44,809 bases of DNA from an uncultured Haloferula sp. (GTDB taxonomy: Bacteria; Verrucomicrobiota; Verrucomicrobiia; Verrucomicrobiales; Akkermansiaceae). The notes under the pieces were generated by a model. The model did not search any database, was not told the DNA's origin, and worked only from the letters and a program-made list of their open reading frames with translations. The position numbers and the translations under genes were made by a program. The stretch covers positions 1 through 44,809 of the forward strand of contig CBFGTS010000023.1 of the NCBI GenBank assembly GCA_965652295.1, written 5' to 3'. Below, one piece after another: positions 17,190 through 26,961 of the stretch (within the stretch, counting starts at the first letter, position 1; the number at the start of each line of letters is the position of its first letter).

Positions 17190-17663
17190 ATGGAACAGCG
17201 GGAAAGCTTCATGCGGCGGGCGATCGAGCTGGCGAGGCAGGGCATGCTCGCCGGTGCCGGCGGGCCCTTCGGTGCGGTCGTGGTGCGGGGTGGGGTGATC
17301 ATCGGCGAGGGCTGGAACCGTGTCGTCGCCTCCAACGATCCCACCGCCCATGGCGAGGTCCTCGCGATCCGCGACGCCTGCTCGCGCATCGACGACTTCC
17401 GCCTTACCGGGTGTGAGATTTTCACCACCGGCCAGCCGTGCCCGATGTGTCTTGGTGCCATCCTCTGGGCTCGGATTTCCCGGATCCACTACGGCTTCCG
17501 CATCGAGGACGCCGCCACCATCGGCTTCGACGACCGCGAATTCCACGCCCAGTTCCAGCTTGACGAAGCGCAGCGCTCGATTCCGTCCGGCTCTCTGATC
17601 CGCGACGAAGCCCTGCAGCTCATCGAGGAATACCGCGCCCTCCCCGATCGGCCGACCTATTGA
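17190..17663 (+). CDS. Zinc-dependent nucleoside/guanine deaminase (CDA superfamily)
   Basis: [40 protein letters not shown]; lies just upstream of purEK. Confidence 0.88.
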   Translation: MEQRESFMRRAIELARQGMLAGAGGPFGAVVVRGGVIIGEGWNRVVASNDPTAHGEVLAIRDACSRIDDFRLTGCEIFTTGQPCPMCLGAILWARISRIHYGFRIEDAATIGFDDREFHAQFQLDEAQRSIPSGSLIRDEALQLIEEYRALPDRPTY

Positions 17664-17779
17664 AGAAAGGGGAGCCTGGCCTCTGGTCGGGGAATTCCTG
17701 CCCACGCAGGGCCATTCACGTCACCTCGGCCTCACTTTGGCACTTGAACGCGGGAAGCTCCCGCCGCCACGCTCCGGCC

Positions 17780-18274
17780 ATGGCAGACGCACTGGTCGGC
17801 ATCATCATGGGCAGCACCTCGGACTGGCCCACCATGGAACACGCGGCACGCACGCTGGGGGATTTCGGCATCGCTTGGGAGGCGGAAGTCGTCAGCGCCC
17901 ACCGCACGCCCGACAAGCTCTATGCCTACGCCGCTGAAGCCCGCGGCCGCGGCCTGAAGTGCATCATCGCCGGTGCCGGAGGAGCCGCCCATCTACCGGG
18001 CATGACCGCCGCCCTGACCGATCTCCCGGTGCTCGGCGTGCCGGTGGAATCCAAGGCGCTCAAGGGCATGGACTCGCTGCTTTCGATCGTCCAGATGCCC
18101 GGCGGCATCCCCACCGCCACCTTCGCCATCGGCAAGGCCGGGGCGATCAACGCCGCGCTTTTCGCCACCGCCATGCTCGCCGGGGAAAACCCGGCGTTGC
18201 TGGAAAAGCTCCAGGCTTTCCGGGCCAACCAGAACGCCACCGTCAAAGCCGCGGAACTTCCCCGTCTTTCCTGA
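17780..18274 (+). CDS. purE: N5-CAIR mutase
   Basis: [44 protein letters not shown]. Confidence 0.97.
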   Translation: MADALVGIIMGSTSDWPTMEHAARTLGDFGIAWEAEVVSAHRTPDKLYAYAAEARGRGLKCIIAGAGGAAHLPGMTAALTDLPVLGVPVESKALKGMDSLLSIVQMPGGIPTATFAIGKAGAINAALFATAMLAGENPALLEKLQAFRANQNATVKAAELPRLS

Positions 18275-18278
18275 CCCG

Positions 18279-19442
18279 ATGCCCATGGACGCCTTCCTGC
18301 CCGGAACCACCGTCGGCATCATCGGCGGCGGCCAGCTCGGCCGCATGTTCTGCATGGCCGCCCGCCGCATGGGATATCGCACCGTCGTCTGGACCGGAGC
18401 CCTTGAGGCCCCGGCGATGGTCGTGGCCGACGAAGCGATCGACCTGCCGTTCGACGATCCCGTCGCCCTACATGACTTCGTCGGCCGCGTCGACGTGGCC
18501 ACCGTCGAGTTCGAAAACATCCCCCGCGGGACGCTCGAAGCCGTGGCCGCGGAAGTCCCGCTGCATCCCTCGCCCGATGCCCTGGCGATCTGCCAGAACC
18601 GCGAGCGCGAAAAGACCTTTCTCCGCAGCAACGGCATCCCCTGCGCGGACTTCGCCGTGGTCACCAGCGCCGACCAGCTGGAGGCCGCGCTGCGTAAGAT
18701 CGGCAGGCCCGCCGTGCTGAAGACGGCCGATTTCGGCTACGACGGCAAAGGCCAGGTGAAGATTTCGGCTGGCGACGACCCCGTGGAAATCTGGCGCGAC
18801 TTCGATGGCGCACGCGCCGTGCTGGAGGCCTTCGTACCCTTCGAGCGCGAGCTTTCGGTGATGGTCGCCTGCGATGGCGGCGGGAGTTTCGCCTGCTACG
18901 ATCCCGCGGAAAATCGTCACCGCCACCACATCCTGGATGTTTCGATCGTTCCCGCCCGGATCACCGCGGAGGTTGCCGCCAACGCCCGCCGGATCGCCCG
19001 GGACGTGGCCGAGGCGCTCGACTATCGCGGCATCCTCGGAGTGGAGTTTTTCATGCTCCCGGACGGCTCGCTGGTGGTCAACGAGATGGCCCCGCGTCCG
19101 CACAACAGCGGCCACCACACGCTCGACGCCTGCGCCACCTCGCAGTTCGAACAGCAGTTGCGTGCCGTTTGCGGCCTGCCGCTCGGGTCACCCCGGCTGC
19201 TCTCGCCGGTGGTCATGCTGAATCTTCTCGGTGACATGTGGCCGGAGGAAACCACCCCGCCGGACTGGTCGTCGCTCTTCGCCGACGGCGAAGCTTATCT
19301 GCACCTTTACGGCAAACGCCACGCCCGCGGCCGCCGGAAGATGGGTCACGCCAACGTTCTCGGGGGCGAGATCGGCGACTGCCTTCAGCGTGCCGAAGCG
19401 CTCAAGGACGGCTGGCTCGACGCGGCCTCCGGGCAGCCCTGA
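18279..19442 (+). CDS. purK: N5-CAIR synthase (ATP-grasp)
   Basis: GIIGGGQLGRM, TVEFENIP, GYDGKGQ, NEMAPRPHNSGH, HLYGK...RKMGH. Confidence 0.96.
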   Translation: MPMDAFLPGTTVGIIGGGQLGRMFCMAARRMGYRTVVWTGALEAPAMVVADEAIDLPFDDPVALHDFVGRVDVATVEFENIPRGTLEAVAAEVPLHPSPDALAICQNREREKTFLRSNGIPCADFAVVTSADQLEAALRKIGRPAVLKTADFGYDGKGQVKISAGDDPVEIWRDFDGARAVLEAFVPFERELSVMVACDGGGSFACYDPAENRHRHHILDVSIVPARITAEVAANARRIARDVAEALDYRGILGVEFFMLPDGSLVVNEMAPRPHNSGHHTLDACATSQFEQQLRAVCGLPLGSPRLLSPVVMLNLLGDMWPEETTPPDWSSLFADGEAYLHLYGKRHARGRRKMGHANVLGGEIGDCLQRAEALKDGWLDAASGQP

Positions 19443-19454
19443 GGGGATTTTCCC

Positions 19455-19483
19455 TTGCGAACCGGTTTCAAGACGGCTTAGTC
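19455..19483 (+). promoter_or_regulatory. Putative sigma70-type promoter of the metal-efflux operon (near-leaderless)
   Basis: TTGCGA-N17-TTAGTC, 6 nt before GTG 19490; same layout as TTGCCG-N17-TTAGTA upstream of tRNA-Gly(TCC). Confidence 0.4.
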
Positions 19484-19489
19484 GGGATC

Positions 19490-19864
19490 GTGCTCCGCAG
19501 TGTTTTGACATGGCTGCTCCTGTTCGGCGTCCTCGCCGGGCTCACGGTGCGTGCCGTGCCGGAACTGCAGGAAATGACTCACACCCACGAGCATTGCTCG
19601 CACGAGACGGGCGTCGTGGCGGCGGATGATCACCAGCACGATGATTCCTGCGGCCATGACCACACGGCCCCGGCGGAAGACAGGCAGCCTTGCCCGGGAC
19701 ACCATCATCATGGCTGTGGCTGTTCACCGCTGAATCTCACGGCCGAGACCCTTGTATCGGTGCGCCTTTGCCCGCCGGCGGGCAGTCTGCTCGGCGTGGG
19801 TTTGGCCGATGAGTTGATGCCGGATCCGCCGGTTTTTGAGGAAGACGCGCCGCCCTTGATCTGA
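19490..19864 (+). CDS. His/Cys-rich exported leader-type protein (124 aa; CzcI/DUF2946-like)
   Basis: Hydrophobic N-terminus; HTHEHCSH, DDHQHDDSCGHDH, CPGHHHHGCGC; C-terminal PDPPVFEEDAPPLI. GTG start inferred. Confidence 0.7.
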   Translation: MLRSVLTWLLLFGVLAGLTVRAVPELQEMTHTHEHCSHETGVVAADDHQHDDSCGHDHTAPAEDRQPCPGHHHHGCGCSPLNLTAETLVSVRLCPPAGSLLGVGLADELMPDPPVFEEDAPPLI

Positions 19865-19971
19865 CGCGCCCGCCGCATGTCGCGGAGCCCTTGGCGGTTC
19901 CGCTCCTGTTTTCCGTGCGCCTGCATTTCAGGGTGCCGGGACCTTTGGGATCATTCCTGACGTCTTCTTTT

Positions 19972-21183
19972 GTGAAACTACTGCTTTTATCGTTTTTAGG
20001 ACTCATCCTGCCCGTCTGGTCGGAACCGGGCGTGGTGGTGACGCTCGAATCGGTGGCGCGCCGCGTCCGCGCCGACAACCCGGAGCTGGCCGCGGCGAAC
20101 CTCGCGATCCAGGAAGCGCTCGGACGTGCCCGCCAGGCGGGGCGACTGGAAAACCCGGAACTTGAGATCGAGGTCGAGCACAACGAGCGCTTCGCGGAAA
20201 GGCGGCTCGAGATCGGCCTTAGTCAGCGCTTTCCGGTGACGGACCGGCTGAAACGGGAGAAAGCTCTCGGAGCCACCGCCGTGCAGGCCGCGCAACGCGA
20301 GGTGGCCGAGGTGGCCAATCAGCTCATCGGTGAGGCGCGCGCGAAGGTAATCGAGGCGCTGGCGCTGCGCGGGCGTCGCGATCTCGTGCGGCAACAGGAG
20401 GAGTTGTCGAGCGAGTTGGCCGGCTTCACCACGGAGATTGCGGAAAAGGGCGAGGGCTCGGTGCTCGATGCCGGCCAGGCGCGTCTGGCGACCGCCAGGT
20501 TTTCCACCGAGATCCGCCGGCTCGCTGCGGAAGAGCAGCGTCTGCTCGGGCAGCTCAAGCCGCTGCTGGGGATGGTGCCGGGCGAGTCGCTGACCGTCTC
20601 CGGCAGTCTGCCGGAGTTGGCCTTGCCCCCGGGTGCGGACCCGTCCGGACGTCCGGCGTTGGAGGTCGCGCGATTGGCGGTGCTGGAGGCCGAGCAGCAG
20701 GCGGCGATCGAGCGCACGAAGCGCTACGGCGACGTGGAAGCTGGGTTTTTCGCCGCCGGCGAGCGGGTCGTCGATGCGCCCGAGGCGGCGGAAAAGGAAG
20801 CGATCGTGGGGCTGCGTTTCACCGTGCCGCTGCCATTCTGGGATGGAAACGAGGGCAACATCGAAGCCGCCGAAGCGCGCGCCGAGCGGCGCCGCAAGGA
20901 GGCCGCCGCGCTCGATCGGACGATCCGGCTGGAAGCCGAGGCCGCGCGGAATGAGATGCTCGAATGGGCGAAGCTCGCCCGTGAGGTGGGCGACACGCTG
21001 CTGCCGCAGGCGGCCGAGCAAACCGACCTCGCCGAGCAGGCGTGGCGCGAGGGCCAGGGCGACCTGCTCACCGTGCTCCGCTCTCGCGAGCAACGCCTCG
21101 AACTTGCCGCCGCCCGCCTCGACGCCCTCAAGAATTTCCATCTCGCCCGCGTCCGCTACCGGACGGCTCTCGGGAACTTTTAA
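19972..21183 (+). CDS. TolC/CzcC-family outer membrane efflux protein
   Basis: NPELAAA...QAGRLENPEL, SQRFP, VPLPFWDGNEGNI, AWREGQGDLLTVL; first gene of the RND triad. GTG start inferred. Confidence 0.88.
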   Translation: MKLLLLSFLGLILPVWSEPGVVVTLESVARRVRADNPELAAANLAIQEALGRARQAGRLENPELEIEVEHNERFAERRLEIGLSQRFPVTDRLKREKALGATAVQAAQREVAEVANQLIGEARAKVIEALALRGRRDLVRQQEELSSELAGFTTEIAEKGEGSVLDAGQARLATARFSTEIRRLAAEEQRLLGQLKPLLGMVPGESLTVSGSLPELALPPGADPSGRPALEVARLAVLEAEQQAAIERTKRYGDVEAGFFAAGERVVDAPEAAEKEAIVGLRFTVPLPFWDGNEGNIEAAEARAERRRKEAAALDRTIRLEAEAARNEMLEWAKLAREVGDTLLPQAAEQTDLAEQAWREGQGDLLTVLRSREQRLELAAARLDALKNFHLARVRYRTALGNF

Positions 21184-21196
21184 CTCTCTCCCATCG

Positions 21197-22432
21197 ATGA
21201 ACTTTTTGAATCAACTTCGCATCTTCTGCCAGTGGCATGACCGTCCCGGTCATGAAAGGAAGAGCTGGGCTCAAAACAGTAAGCTGCCCGCCTCGTCTGG
21301 AATGCTTCTCCGGCTCATGACCGGGACGGTCATGCCACTGGCAGGAATGATCATGCTCACCATCGGGCAGGCGGCGGAAACCATCATCCTCGACGAGGTG
21401 GCGGTGAAGAACCTGCGGCTCGAAACAGTGGTCGCGGAAGAGCGGGATTTCGAAAGTACGGTCTTTGCCGTAGGACGGGTCGAGGAGATCCCCGGGAACC
21501 GCTATTCGGTTTCGTCGCGCATCTCCGGCCGGGCCGTCGAGGTGAATGCGTTCTTCGGCGACACGGTGGAGGAGGGCGAGGTGCTGGTGCGGGTGGAAAG
21601 CCGCCAGCCCGGGAATCCACCTCCGACCATCGAGCTGCGCGCGCCGCACGACGGGCTCATCACCGACTCCCACGTCTTGAAAGGCCAACCGGTCGAGCCG
21701 GACAAGGATCTCCTGGATATCACCGACCGCTCCGAGATGTGGGTGGTGGCGCAAATCCCCGAGCAAGTAGTGGCGGGAATCGCCCCGGGCACCAAGGCAC
21801 GCATCCATTTCCCGGCGCTGGGAGGTGAGCCGGTGGTGGCGGAGCTGCTGCGCTTCGGCGTGCAGGCGAACCGAGAGGCCGGCGCGATCGAGGGCGTGTT
21901 CCAGGTGTCGAACCCGGACGGGCGGCTGCTGCCCGGGATGCGTGCGGAGTTTGAAATCGTGGTGGAAACGCGGCCCGACGTGCTGGCGATCCCGGAAGAA
22001 GCGGTGCAGGGCGACCCTGCCTCGCGGGTGGTGTTCGTGAAAGACTTCGATCTGCCCAACGCCTTCCAGCGCACCCCGGTGGTGCTCGGCGAGAGCGGCG
22101 GCGGCTGGGTGGAGGTGGAACAGGGGCTTTTCCCGGGCGATGAGGTGGTCACCCGCGGCTCGTATTCGCTCGGCTTCGTCGGTGGGGCCAGCGGAATGTC
22201 GCTGAAGGAAGCGCTCGATGCCGCCCACGGCCATGAGCACAACGAGGACGGCTCCGAGGTGACGCCGGAGCAGGAGGCGGAGCACGGGCACGATCACGGC
22301 GAGGAGGAGCACGACCATGATCACGGGGAAGCCGGAGCCTCCGGCTGGGTGCTGTGGTACGCCATCGCTGCGAGCATCGCCGCGCTGGTCTTCGCGCAGC
22401 TCTGGTGGAACTCGAAGAGGAAGGAAGCCTGA
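21197..22432 (+). CDS. RND periplasmic adaptor (CzcB-like) with His-rich tail and C-terminal TM helix
   Basis: VSSRISGRAVEV...GDTVEEGEVL, LRAPHDG, LLPGMRA, LAIPEEAV, GLFPGDEVVTRG. Start 21197 or 21302. Confidence 0.9.
   Translation: MNFLNQLRIFCQWHDRPGHERKSWAQNSKLPASSGMLLRLMTGTVMPLAGMIMLTIGQAAETIILDEVAVKNLRLETVVAEERDFESTVFAVGRVEEIPGNRYSVSSRISGRAVEVNAFFGDTVEEGEVLVRVESRQPGNPPPTIELRAPHDGLITDSHVLKGQPVEPDKDLLDITDRSEMWVVAQIPEQVVAGIAPGTKARIHFPALGGEPVVAELLRFGVQANREAGAIEGVFQVSNPDGRLLPGMRAEFEIVVETRPDVLAIPEEAVQGDPASRVVFVKDFDLPNAFQRTPVVLGESGGGWVEVEQGLFPGDEVVTRGSYSLGFVGGASGMSLKEALDAAHGHEHNEDGSEVTPEQEAEHGHDHGEEEHDHDHGEAGASGWVLWYAIAASIAALVFAQLWWNSKRKEA
21226..21344. repeat. REP-like doublet, family B, inside the adaptor 5' coding region
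   Basis: Perfect 30-bp inverted repeat CTGCCAGTGGCATGACCGTCCCGGTCATGA (21226-21255) / 21315-21344; each arm contains the hairpin CATGACC..GGTCATG. Confidence 0.92.
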
Positions 22433-25400
22433 TGCTCAACGCCCTCATCCGTTTTTCGCTGGCCCAGCGCGGGCTGGTGCTGGTGGTCGCCGTGGTGCTG
22501 CTCGTATTCGGCATCCGGAAGACGACCGAAATGCCGGTGGATGTCCTGCCGGACCTTACCAAACCGACCGTCACCCTGCTCACCGAGGCCAAGGGCTACG
22601 CACCGGAGGAGGTCGAAACATTGGTCACCATCCCGCTGGAAAACGCGCTGATGGGCGTGACCGGCGTCGATCGCATCCGCTCGACCAATGACATCGGGCT
22701 TTCACTCATCTTCGTCGAATTCGACTGGGGCACCGATATCTACAAGGCGCGCCAGTTCGTGCAGGAACGGCTGATGGGAGCCCCCGAAACGCTGCCCGAA
22801 GGCGTGACGCCCTACATGACGCCGGTGAGCTCGCTGATGGGCGACATCATGCTCGTCGGTCTGCGCGACACGACCGGAAACATCCCGGCGCGCGATCTCC
22901 GGGAAACCGCCGACTGGGTCGTGGCCCGGCGTTTGCAATCGATCAAGGGCATCGCCGAAGTGCTCGCCATGGGCGGCGGCGTGAAGCAGCTCCAGATCCA
23001 GCCCGATCCCGAGCGGATGTTGTTGCATCAAGTCACCTTCGAGGACATCCGAGAGGCCGCCTCGAAGGCGGTCGGCAACACGACCGGCGGATTCCTCACC
23101 GAGCGGCCGGAGGAGATCATGGTCCGCAACCTCGCGATGACCACCGACCCGGAGGTCATCGGTGAAACGGTGGTGGCCTATCGCCAGGACCGCCCGGTGC
23201 ACTTGCGCGACGTTGCCACCGTGACCTGGGACATCGAGGCGATGCGTGGCGATGCAGCCTTCGGCACCGCCGATGGCCCGCCGGATGAGGAGGGGAATCT
23301 CTCGAGCCGCGGGGTGATCCTCAGCGTGAGGAAATCGCCGGGCTTCAACACGCTCGACCTGGATCGCGAGGTGCTCGCCGCGCTTGAGGAGCTGGGGGAC
23401 GCGTTGCCGGAAGGCGTCGAGCTGACCCCGCTCTACCGCCAGTCGGAGTTCATCCGACTTTCCATCGACAACCTCAAGGAAGCGTTGCGCGACGGCTCGA
23501 TCATGGTGGCGGTGATCCTGTTTCTCTTCCTGCTGAATTTCCGTATCACCGCGATCACGCTGACCGCCATTCCGCTCTCGCTGGGGATCACGATCCTCGT
23601 TTTCGACCTGCTCGGCCTGAGTGTGAATTCCATGACCCTCGGCGGCCTCGCCGTGGCGGTGGGCATGGTGGTCGATGATGCCATCGTGGACGTGGAAAAC
23701 GTCTTCCGTCGCTTGCGGGAAAACGCCGCCCGTCATGAACCGCTGCCGAAGTTGGAGGTCATCGCTCGCGCTTCAGGCGAGGTGCGGTCGTCGATCCTCT
23801 ACGCCACCGTGTTGATCATTCTGGTTTTCCTGCCACTGATGGCGCTGAGCGGCGTGGAAGGCCGGCTTTTCACGCCGATCGCGATCGCCACCATCGTCAG
23901 CATGGCGGCGTCGTTCGTCGTCTCACTTACGGTGATTCCAGTACTCAGCTCGTTCCTGCTGAATCCGAAGCCCGGCAAGGAGCATGGCGACTTCATTTTC
24001 GTGCGCTGGCTCAAGACCGCGTTCCGCGTCACCTGGATGAAGGTGGCGCTGTCCCAGCCGCTGCTGGTCATCGCCATCACCGGCGTGCTGGCGTGGCTGA
24101 GCTGGGTCGCCTATGCCGGGATGGGTCGCAATTTCCTGCCCGCCTTTCGCGAGCCGACGGCGCTGGTGGCGACGACGCTCAGCCCGGGAACCTCGCTGAA
24201 AATGACGACCGAGCTGGCCGACGTGGCGCTGGAGCGATTGCTGCGGATCCCGGGAGTCAAAACCGTGGGCTACCGCGCCGGACGGGCCGAACGCGGCGAC
24301 CATGTGGTGCCGGTTTCCACCGTGGAGATCGATGTCGAGTTCGACGAATCATCCGGCCGGACGCACACCGAGGTGATCGGCGATATCCGCGAGACGATGA
24401 AGGGCATCCCCGGGACCTTCAGCGCGATGAGCGGCCCGTTGGCCGACCGCATCGGCCACATGCTCAGCGGCGTGTCGGCGAAGGTGGCGGTGAAGATTTA
24501 CGGGCCGGATCTCGATGAGTTGCGGCGCCTGGGGGAAAAGGTGGTCGAGGTGGCGCGGGAGATTCCCGGCCTGGAGGAGGCGCGCGGCGAGCAACAGGCA
24601 CCCGTTTCACAGCTCCGGATCGAGCCCGATCCCGAGCGCGCTGCGGCCTACGCGGTGACGCCCGGAGCGCTGACCCGGGAAATGGCCAGCCTGATGGGCG
24701 GGGAGAAGGTTTCCGAAGTTTACGAGGGGGTCAGGGTTTACGACCTGGTGGTCCGCCTGCCCGAGGAATGGCGGGAGAACCCGGAGCGGCTGGAGGATTT
24801 CTACGTCGATACGCTGGACGGAAAGCTCGTGCCGCTCGGCTCCGTGGCCGACCTGCGGATGGCCAGCGGGCCGAACAACATCCTGCGCGAGAATTCCCGC
24901 CGGCGCTTCGTCGTGCAGATCAATCCAACCGTGAGCGACCTCGTTTCCGCCGTGGACCGGCTCAAGGCCGAGGTGGCCGAAAAGGTCGCGCTGCCGGAGG
25001 GCTACACGATTTCCTACGAGGGCGAATACCAGGCGCAGAAGGAAGCCTCGCGGACAATCCTCGTCATGTCCTCGGTGATCCTGGTGGTGGTGGTGGTACT
25101 GCTCTACTCGTACTTCAGGAGCCTGCGCTTCGTCGGCCTGGTGCTGACGATCATCCCGGTTTCGCTCATCGGGGCGGTGCTCTCCACCGAGCGCACGCTC
25201 GACAACGTCAGCATCGCCACGCTGGTCGGCTTCATTGCCGTGGCCGGGATCGCGGCGCGGAACAACATCATGCTCATTTCCCACTACCTGCACCTGATGC
25301 GCCACGAGGGCGAGCAGTTCACGCGGTCGATGGTGATCCGTGGCACCGAGGAGCGCCTGGTGCCGATCCTGATGACCGCGCTTTCCGCCGGGCTCGCGCT

Positions 25401-25587
25401 GGTCCCGCTGGTGCTGGCTTCGGAAAAACCGGGGAAGGAAATCCTGAATCCGGTGGCGATCGTGATCGTCGGAGGTTTGGTAAGCTCCACGCTGCTCGGT
25501 CTCGCCGTTACGCCCGCTCTCTTCTTCCGCTTTTGCCGCGGCGCCGCGGCAAAAGCCCTGCAACGCAATGCGGCCGCGGCCGCTTGA
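22432..25587 (+). CDS. Heavy-metal efflux RND permease (CzcA/CusA family)
   Basis: PVDVLPD, PEEVETLVTIPLE, MTLGGLAVAVGMVVDDAIVDVEN, ERLVPILMTA; ATG overlaps the adaptor stop. Confidence 0.94.
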   Translation: MLNALIRFSLAQRGLVLVVAVVLLVFGIRKTTEMPVDVLPDLTKPTVTLLTEAKGYAPEEVETLVTIPLENALMGVTGVDRIRSTNDIGLSLIFVEFDWGTDIYKARQFVQERLMGAPETLPEGVTPYMTPVSSLMGDIMLVGLRDTTGNIPARDLRETADWVVARRLQSIKGIAEVLAMGGGVKQLQIQPDPERMLLHQVTFEDIREAASKAVGNTTGGFLTERPEEIMVRNLAMTTDPEVIGETVVAYRQDRPVHLRDVATVTWDIEAMRGDAAFGTADGPPDEEGNLSSRGVILSVRKSPGFNTLDLDREVLAALEELGDALPEGVELTPLYRQSEFIRLSIDNLKEALRDGSIMVAVILFLFLLNFRITAITLTAIPLSLGITILVFDLLGLSVNSMTLGGLAVAVGMVVDDAIVDVENVFRRLRENAARHEPLPKLEVIARASGEVRSSILYATVLIILVFLPLMALSGVEGRLFTPIAIATIVSMAASFVVSLTVIPVLSSFLLNPKPGKEHGDFIFVRWLKTAFRVTWMKVALSQPLLVIAITGVLAWLSWVAYAGMGRNFLPAFREPTALVATTLSPGTSLKMTTELADVALERLLRIPGVKTVGYRAGRAERGDHVVPVSTVEIDVEFDESSGRTHTEVIGDIRETMKGIPGTFSAMSGPLADRIGHMLSGVSAKVAVKIYGPDLDELRRLGEKVVEVAREIPGLEEARGEQQAPVSQLRIEPDPERAAAYAVTPGALTREMASLMGGEKVSEVYEGVRVYDLVVRLPEEWRENPERLEDFYVDTLDGKLVPLGSVADLRMASGPNNILRENSRRRFVVQINPTVSDLVSAVDRLKAEVAEKVALPEGYTISYEGEYQAQKEASRTILVMSSVILVVVVVLLYSYFRSLRFVGLVLTIIPVSLIGAVLSTERTLDNVSIATLVGFIAVAGIAARNNIMLISHYLHLMRHEGEQFTRSMVIRGTEERLVPILMTALSAGLALVPLVLASEKPGKEILNPVAIVIVGGLVSSTLLGLAVTPALFFRFCRGAAAKALQRNAAAAA

Positions 25588-25615
25588 AACCGCGAACTCC
25601 AACCCACGACCATCC

Positions 25616-26080
25616 ATGAAAAAGACATCCATCCTCGCCGCCATCGCGGCTTTCGTCCTCGGTTCCGTTTCGTTCGCCGCCGACGATCACGACCACGGGC
25701 ACAAGATCGCGGGACCGAACGGGGGACGCGTGATCACCTCGGTGGAACCCCACCTTGAGTTTCTCCGCAGGGACGACGGCAAGGTGAAGATCACCGCGGT
25801 GAACGACGAGGGCGAACCCCGGCCGATCGGCGACACCGTGGTCTCCGTCACCGGCGGCGAGCGCTCGAACCCGACCAAGCTCACCTTTTCCAAGGACGGC
25901 GACGCGCTGATCTCCGACAAGGCGTTTCCCGAAGGAAAGAACCTGCCGGTGGTGGTAAGCATCAAGACCTCGCCGGACGCGAAGACAGTGTATGAGCGTT
26001 TCAGCCTGAACCTCGCCGATTGCCCCGGGTGTGAGCATCAGGAATACGCCTGCACCTGCGAGCACGATCACGACCATTGA
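25616..26080 (+). CDS. Secreted His/Cys-rich putative metal-binding protein
   Basis: Signal peptide; DDHDHGHKIAGPNGGR; C-terminal CPGCEHQEYACTCEHDHDH. Confidence 0.82.
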   Translation: MKKTSILAAIAAFVLGSVSFAADDHDHGHKIAGPNGGRVITSVEPHLEFLRRDDGKVKITAVNDEGEPRPIGDTVVSVTGGERSNPTKLTFSKDGDALISDKAFPEGKNLPVVVSIKTSPDAKTVYERFSLNLADCPGCEHQEYACTCEHDHDH

Positions 26081-26961
26081 TGGGTCACGATCACCATCAC
26101 CATGACGAGGCCAGCGAGGGCAACCTGAAGGTCGCCTTCCTGCTCAACGCGGCCTTCACGGTGGTGGAAATCGCGGGCGGCCTATGGACGAACAGCATCG
26201 CGATCCTGGCTGACGCGCTGCACGACGCGGGCGATACCGCCTCGCTCGGCCTCGCGTGGTACTTCGAGCGGATGTCGCGCCGCGGACGGACCGCGCGGCA
26301 CACCTACGGTTACCGTCGTTTCCGGCTGCTCGGGGGCCTGATCACGGGGGTGATCCTGCTCGTCGGGCTCGGTTTCGTGTTGTGGCAGGCGATTGGGCGG
26401 TTGCGGTCGCCGGAGAGCGTCGATGCCCACGGCATGATCGCCCTCGCGGTGCTCGGTGTGGTCGTCAACGGGGCCGCCGTGCTGCGGGTGCGGCGTGGGT
26501 CGTCGCTGACCGAGCAAGTCGTCAGTTGGCACCTGCTCGAGGACACTTTGGGCTGGGTGGCGGTCTTGATCGGTGCCGGGGTGATGGCGGTGTGGGATCT
26601 GCCGATCATCGATCCGCTGCTCTCGATCGGAATCTCGCTTTTCATCCTGTGGAACGTGGGCCGGAACCTGTCCAAAGTGATGGCGGTGTTTCTGCAGACC
26701 ACGCCCGCATCGTTCGATCCAGAGGCTTTCGAAACCGAGCTCCTGCGTCAGCCCAAGGTGGAAGACGTGCATCACCTGCATGTCTGGTCACTGGACGGCG
26801 AAACCCACGTGCTGACCCTGCACCTCGTGATGTCAGCCGATGCAAGCCGCGAGGACGTCGTCGCCGTGAAGGAGGGGGTCCGTGCCGGTCTGGACCCGCA
26901 CGATTTCCGTCATGTGACCGTGGATGTGGAGCTGGCCGGGGAAGCGTGCGTGTCGTCGTAG
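26080..26961 (+). CDS. Cation diffusion facilitator (CzcD/ZitB-like)
   Basis: His-rich N-terminus, ADALHDAGD, TYGYRR, HLLEDTLG, VHHLHVWSL. Confidence 0.93.
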   Translation: MGHDHHHHDEASEGNLKVAFLLNAAFTVVEIAGGLWTNSIAILADALHDAGDTASLGLAWYFERMSRRGRTARHTYGYRRFRLLGGLITGVILLVGLGFVLWQAIGRLRSPESVDAHGMIALAVLGVVVNGAAVLRVRRGSSLTEQVVSWHLLEDTLGWVAVLIGAGVMAVWDLPIIDPLLSIGISLFILWNVGRNLSKVMAVFLQTTPASFDPEAFETELLRQPKVEDVHHLHVWSLDGETHVLTLHLVMSADASREDVVAVKEGVRAGLDPHDFRHVTVDVELAGEACVSS

